IMG/VR virus record: IMGVR_UViG_3300040985_000347
Coordinates: 1-54,378 of that record
Source of the DNA: a virus
Lineage: Duplodnaviria; Caudoviricetes
Length of the DNA stretch: 54,378 nucleotides
Strand: one strand, 5' to 3'
The notes under the pieces were generated by a model. That model saw nothing but the letters and a program-made list of their open reading frames with translations. It was not told the origin of the DNA and made no database searches. The translations under genes and the position numbers were made by a program. The stretch's first letter is position 1; every line of letters begins with the position of its first letter. Below, piece after piece: positions 50,316 through 54,378 of this stretch.

Positions 50316-52289
50316 TTAATAGTGATTTTGATCAAACCAGGCATTAGCAGAATTATCTTCTAAAACTTCTTTTACCTCTGCATTATAAAGTTCTCGCGTA
50401 TGATACATTCCTATCATCAACGACATGACTCTATCAAAGTTGCCTTTATGGTTAAATTTTATTAACTCTGTTATAAGCGCTGGATCATTTATAGTGTGTA
50501 GATTTAAATACGTGTTACCGTCAACATCTTTACTTCTAGGTGTAATTAACCAATCTCTTATATAAATCTCTCCCTGCCGCTTCCGTGCTTCTGTCATATG
50601 CATTCCATATTGTCGTCGTACTTTTCTAGATTGCAATTCTCTTTTATCTAACATTTCAAACTCTTCTTGTAGTCTGTGTAACTTTCTATGTCTTTTTGCG
50701 TAAGCAATTACTTCTCCTCGATCATTCTCAAATCCTATCTTACACCCATAGTAATCTGCTAGCATAAACATATTCCTATTAAACTCATCTGACGTAGATG
50801 GTCTTCCTACGTAAGAAGCTACTATCATATCATCAGGAGTAGATACATTGTTTGGGCGTTTTATAATAAATACACTACCTAAAGATTTAGAATCTGCTGA
50901 CTCACTTTGACCATATGGATCATGACATGCTACATATAAATTAACAGGTACTTGCTTTTTTGCATTTCTATATGGTGATTCCCAAATTACAACACATCCT
51001 GAATTGTCGTCATCTTTTTTATGTGGAAATTTATGAACTGGTTTTAAGTTAGGATTAGGTTTAAATTTTATTTCTGAACTTGCTCCATAATATAATTCTC
51101 CTGCTGTTCCTAAAGAATCTAAATTGTGTACTTGAATTTTATTATATTGCTCTTTTAAACTAGCTATATCAAATAAATTTGCACTTACTTGTAATGTAGC
51201 TTCATTAGGTGAATAAGGATGCTCAGCTATATATTGGTCTAATGCTTTTGGATCAGAACTCCCCTTTTTCTTTTTTCTTTCTGTTTCTTGAAAGACTCTA
51301 GATTCTGCTTCTAAAGAGTTTCCATCCTCATCCATGAAGCCATCTAAATTTTCATATATTGGTATAAAATATCCACACCTAGTTCCCATAGCTCCTTCAT
51401 CCCATTTATTTTCATAGTCCATGCAATCGTATGCTGCAGGATTATAAAATATTTCTTCCATAGCCTCAAAGTCATTCCCCTCAGTACCTCCCGTACCAAA
51501 AGCTACCATAGTACCCAATGTTTTATTTCCCTGTCTCATTGTTGGCATAGTTACTTCCCACGCTTTTAATAGTCCTGGAAACGATCCTGCCTCTTCAAAA
51601 AACACTAACTCTCCCGCTTTACCCCTTACTTTATCTGGGGCATCTTTTAACGACACTCCCATTATTTGAGATTTCATACCTAACTCTACCTCAACTCCAT
51701 TAACTTTCTTTTTATATCCAGACATTTTACTCATCTCTCTATCTCTTAACCTTGGTTGAGCCCAAGCTGTATTGTCGTCTATAAAAGATAAAAACTCCCA
51801 CGCTTTAGACAAAAGACCATCACCAATTAAATATTCTTTCTGCCCTGCAAATACAAAGTTTTTAGAATTTCTTACATGGAAATAATTACGTGCAAGCATA
51901 GATCCTGCTTTATAAGAATACCCTTTACGCCTTGCCTTCAAAACAATCATATGTCTGTCGCTTTTTCTAGCCTTATCTATCTCATGAAAGTATTTATAAT
52001 CTCCGTCGTAAAAAGATGGAAAGGTTCTATCACGTTTTGCTTGCATAGTTCCATCTGGTAGTAATACATCTACAGCTCTATCAATAGGACAATAATTTAA
52101 ATAAAAATAATGAAAGCCAGTAAGATGAGTGCCGTCAACTGTATGCCCATATAAACATCTCTCTCTTTCTCTATCCCAAAATTCAAAATAATCTTTAGTT
52201 CCAGGCAAAGCTGTGGTATATACTTTATGTTCTTTAAAGTAGTTTGCTGCTTCACTAAACTTAAAAGTATCTTTAAATTTCTTTTCCAA
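50316..52289 (-). CDS. terL: Terminase large subunit
   Basis: HYFYLNY, LKARRKGYS (Walker A-like), FEEAG (Walker B), FGTGG, HDPY and NFDRV nuclease-domain motifs. Confidence 0.92.
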   Translation of the reverse strand: MEKKFKDTFKFSEAANYFKEHKVYTTALPGTKDYFEFWDRERERCLYGHTVDGTHLTGFHYFYLNYCPIDRAVDVLLPDGTMQAKRDRTFPSFYDGDYKYFHEIDKARKSDRHMIVLKARRKGYSYKAGSMLARNYFHVRNSKNFVFAGQKEYLIGDGLLSKAWEFLSFIDDNTAWAQPRLRDREMSKMSGYKKKVNGVEVELGMKSQIMGVSLKDAPDKVRGKAGELVFFEEAGSFPGLLKAWEVTMPTMRQGNKTLGTMVAFGTGGTEGNDFEAMEEIFYNPAAYDCMDYENKWDEGAMGTRCGYFIPIYENLDGFMDEDGNSLEAESRVFQETERKKKKGSSDPKALDQYIAEHPYSPNEATLQVSANLFDIASLKEQYNKIQVHNLDSLGTAGELYYGASSEIKFKPNPNLKPVHKFPHKKDDDNSGCVVIWESPYRNAKKQVPVNLYVACHDPYGQSESADSKSLGSVFIIKRPNNVSTPDDMIVASYVGRPSTSDEFNRNMFMLADYYGCKIGFENDRGEVIAYAKRHRKLHRLQEEFEMLDKRELQSRKVRRQYGMHMTEARKRQGEIYIRDWLITPRSKDVDGNTYLNLHTINDPALITELIKFNHKGNFDRVMSLMIGMYHTRELYNAEVKEVLEDNSANAWFDQNHY

Positions 52290-52542
52290 TGCTATTCTTG
52301 ATTTTCATTAACTCGCTGCATTTTTCATATTCTTCTGTTGAAACAAAATACTCTAATAACATATCTATTATCATATCAGACTTACCATCGTCTGCATTTG
52401 GATTAAAAGGGAGTGCAACATCGCCTACCCCTCTATCTAGTGCGTCCATTAGGTTATCAAAAGACGTTCTATTTGTTACTAATAAATATGCGTTATTCAT
52501 AGCTTGATTAAAGAGTTCAAGGTCATTTTCAAATTGTGCCAT
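52273..52542 (-). CDS. Small protein with UVR-like C-terminal helix pair
   Basis: YFVSTEEYEKCSEL motif. Confidence 0.55.
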   Translation of the reverse strand: MAQFENDLELFNQAMNNAYLLVTNRTSFDNLMDALDRGVGDVALPFNPNADDGKSDMIIDMLLEYFVSTEEYEKCSELMKIKNSIGKEI

Positions 52543-53084
52543 TACTCATTATATTTATTTAATTCTACACCTCCTCGTGTGCTTGCTTTTTCTTGTTCTT
52601 CTCTTTTAACTATATCTTCTAATTTAGATAAACCTTGAACTACATCCCCCACTTTAGTTAAATTAACAACTAGGTCTTTCGCTGAATATATAGGTTTACC
52701 ATTATCATCTAATATTGTTAAATCTATATCTTGGAAATAAGCTTCTAGTTTCTTAATAGAACTTCTAGCAGCTTTTAATAATAACACCGCATGAGTATCC
52801 ATTAAATTTGTATATCTATCACAGGCAGCTTTCACTACTTTATCAGCCTTCCATTTACCTTCTCCAAATATACTATCTATTATCTTTAATTCTCTTTGCT
52901 CTCCGTCATAAACTGCATATGGTGAATTATGGTTACACATAAAATAAATATATGCAAACTCTTTTAATGCCGTTTCTTTACCTGAGCTTCTATCTCTCTT
53001 ATGTATCTTCTTAAATTCTTTTATTATTAAGGCATAAGGAGATGCAGATGCTAAATTATTATTTATTATTATCAGGTCTTGCAT
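52542..53084 (-). CDS. Conserved crAss-like protein upstream of terL (terminase small subunit candidate)
   Basis: RDRS..K..A.KEFAYIYF...SPY motif, helical C-terminus ending RGG; position suggests the role but does not prove it. Confidence 0.55.
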   Translation of the reverse strand: MQDLIIINNNLASASPYALIIKEFKKIHKRDRSSGKETALKEFAYIYFMCNHNSPYAVYDGEQRELKIIDSIFGEGKWKADKVVKAACDRYTNLMDTHAVLLLKAARSSIKKLEAYFQDIDLTILDDNGKPIYSAKDLVVNLTKVGDVVQGLSKLEDIVKREEQEKASTRGGVELNKYNE

Positions 53085-53265
53085 TTTCTAAAATTTTTAA
53101 TAATTGTTTATCTGTATACATTTTTTTAGCGTTCTTATATTTACTATATTCATCTGGATTAAATATCATTTTAACCTCAGTTAATATGTTATTAACTTTT
53201 CTAATAGTCCATCTTCTACCTCTAAGGGATCTCTTTAAAGCTTTTAATTGTAGTCTTAAACTCAT
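53059..53265 (-). CDS. Basic hypothetical protein (68 aa)
   Basis: Packed ORF with ATGA overlap. Confidence 0.5.
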   Translation of the reverse strand: MSLRLQLKALKRSLRGRRWTIRKVNNILTEVKMIFNPDEYSKYKNAKKMYTDKQLLKILENARPDNNK

Positions 53266-53402
53266 AGCGTAAATTTTTTATGCGTGTTACCAGTTATTAA
53301 ACAAATATACGTATTTTCTTCTGTATAGATGCGTCTTCTGCAATCTTTATTGTGTATGTTTAAGTAATGTAATAACTTAAATATCTTTAATATTTTTTTC
53401 AT
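53262..53402 (-). CDS. Small hypothetical protein (46 aa), not in ORF track
   Basis: MKKILKIFKLLHYLNIHNKDCRRRIYTEENTYICLITGNTHKKFTL; fills the gap with an ATGA overlap; possible His/Cys metal ligands. Confidence 0.5.
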   Translation of the reverse strand: MKKILKIFKLLHYLNIHNKDCRRRIYTEENTYICLITGNTHKKFTL

Positions 53403-53607
53403 TTTTTAAATTGTTTATATGTTTTACTCTGTTTTTATCTACTGTAAACTTCCCTAAATAAGGCAAACGTATAGTATCAAAATTTCCTCTCTTTATAATC
53501 TTAGCCGTAAATTTAAATTGAGAATTTACTATGTCTTCTACTTGTTTTATTGTTAGGCCGTATTTATTTGCTAAGTGGTAAATTATTTCTTCTCTATTTC
53601 TTTCCAT
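53377..53607 (-). CDS. HU/IHF-like DNA-binding protein (short)
   Basis: LANKYGLT...VEDIV...IRLPYLGKFTV resembles the HU/IHF N-terminal signature. Confidence 0.7.
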   Translation of the reverse strand: MERNREEIIYHLANKYGLTIKQVEDIVNSQFKFTAKIIKRGNFDTIRLPYLGKFTVDKNRVKHINNLKNEKNIKDI

Positions 53608-53822
53608 TTAGATTTTGGACAATTTGATGTTGCCCATGTGGCTTTCATAGGCATATAACACCCACACATTTTACATGTGGCTTTTTGTTGGTTTAAATGT
53701 TCACACGTTGAACATGTTTCTATTCTTTCTTTATACTCGTCTTCAGTTACGTTAGGTCTTCCTTCTTTAATATATTTGTAAGCCTCAGACGAGAAGTTAC
53801 TTATCAATTCAAATATCTTCAT
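53583..53822 (-). CDS. Small Cys-rich metal-binding protein
   Basis: RIETCSTC...CKMCGC...K...CPKSKW. Confidence 0.7.
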   Translation of the reverse strand: MKIFELISNFSSEAYKYIKEGRPNVTEDEYKERIETCSTCEHLNQQKATCKMCGCYMPMKATWATSNCPKSKWKEIEKK

Positions 53823-53914
53823 CTCTCTCTGTTATTAAGTCTATTAATTTTCCATTTCTATTGTATACTACAACTATAATGTATGGCAATCTAGTCCACA
53901 TTTGTATTATATAG

Positions 53915-54250
53915 TCAGTATCGTCTGAATACTGTAACCGTAATCTCTCCTCCATCGTCTGCTTTTAATAATTTATTTAATTTATATATAGAGTCTGTAG
54001 TATGTATAGCTTCTTTATCTTTTAATCTTTTAATATAATTATTTAAAGTATTGTAATCTTTAATACCTAAAGCTATTGCTACATCTTTTTTATTTTCAAT
54101 ACTGCACAAATTTCCAGTTTCTTTTTGATCTTCTATAGTTATTAAAAGGGCTAGTATTTGAAGTTCAGTCTTAGTTAAGTTAAACACACCATTCCAAAAG
54201 CTTATATATTTATAAGGACTGTTTAATGTTATTTTAATATTTTCACTCAT
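53915..54250 (-). CDS. Winged-helix DNA-binding protein (RepL/MarR-like)
   Basis: LTKTELQILA...VAIALGI...LNNYIKRLKDKEAI...YKLN. Confidence 0.65.
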   Translation of the reverse strand: MSENIKITLNSPYKYISFWNGVFNLTKTELQILALLITIEDQKETGNLCSIENKKDVAIALGIKDYNTLNNYIKRLKDKEAIHTTDSIYKLNKLLKADDGGEITVTVFRRY

Positions 54251-54378
54251 TTCTTTAATTTTCTTATTTCTATTTTAGCTTTCCCATCATTAATTAGTAT
54301 CTTAGCTTTAGTGGATTGTATATTATACTTTTCTATATGCTCATCCATTCCGTATCTTGTACATACATAAGATAAGAT
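54247..54378 (-). CDS. Partial hypothetical protein at the right edge
   Basis: Open frame ...MDEHIEKYNIQSTKAKILINDGKAKIEIRKLKK ending in an ATGA overlap at 54247-54250. Confidence 0.45.
   Translation of the reverse strand: MLSYVCTRYGMDEHIEKYNIQSTKAKILINDGKAKIEIRKLKK

Larger units (their letters stand above)
1..54378 (-). mobile_element. crAss-like (Crassvirales) bacteriophage genome segment: virion morphogenesis, lysis and cargo region
   Basis: Gene order terL-portal-acidic protein-MCP-conserved head genes ... ring/IHF-tail tubular-tail stabilisation-cargo-giant protein matches the Crassvirales capsid/tail module. Genes are unidirectional and densely packed, and no host housekeeping genes are seen. 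Confidence 0.92.

Noticed and set aside
43642-52289. Inteins or self-splicing introns in terL, portal or MCP
   Set aside because: The ORFs are uninterrupted and of ordinary length, and no splicing or homing-endonuclease motifs were noticed.
924-53272. All plus-strand ORFs in the track, and short nested minus-strand ORFs (10119-10355, 13037-13297, 13994-14203, 23688-23993, 38237-38458)
   Set aside because: They lie antisense to or inside long, motif-bearing genes and have shadow-frame composition.
53809-53955. Possible 48-aa ORF (MEERLRLQYSDDTDYIIQMW...)
   Set aside because: It fills a gap but overlaps both neighbours and has no recognisable motif, so support is too weak to list as a feature.
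1-54378. Stop-codon reassignment (TAG or TGA), known in some crAss-like phages
   Set aside because: Conserved genes are full length in the standard code, and TAG ends several genes, in places directly followed by another stop (20656, 23033, 45126).
1-54378. tRNA/rRNA genes, integrase or prophage boundaries
   Set aside because: Intergenic gaps are few and short, no cloverleaf was recognised by eye, and no integrase or host flank is present. A tRNAscan/Infernal run would be needed to exclude small RNAs.

Overview
The window is a contiguous, AT-rich segment of a crAss-like (Crassvirales) phage genome. The host is probably a Bacteroidota/Flavobacteriia bacterium, inferred from TAnnTTTG promoter boxes, A-rich starts without Shine-Dalgarno motifs, and signal peptides ending before Gln. 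Essentially all credible genes are on the minus strand, tightly packed with ATGA/TAATG overlaps, and read in the standard code. In transcription order (right to left): small DNA-binding genes, terminase large subunit, a stand-alone SET-domain gene, portal, a lysozyme-like protein, acidic scaffold-like protein, major capsid protein, conserved head/ring genes, a giant SprB-repeat fibre gene split by a 1-nt frameshift, other fibre/lectin genes, a cassette of Sec-exported host-envelope-type proteins, M15 endolysin and holin, metallophosphoesterase, ring/IHF/tail tubular/tail stabilisation genes, putative ejected cargo proteins, and a giant ORF of at least 1755 codons. That last ORF is missing from the ORF track because it runs off the left edge; it carries a complete SF1 helicase motif set. 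The strongest candidate for an undescribed system is the envelope cassette at 23.4-28.2 kb: a beta-barrel-like protein, a Cys-motif-less thioredoxin fold, small membrane proteins and a disulfide-repeat protein with a T9SS-like C-terminus. All family calls come from motif recognition and gene order, not database searches.
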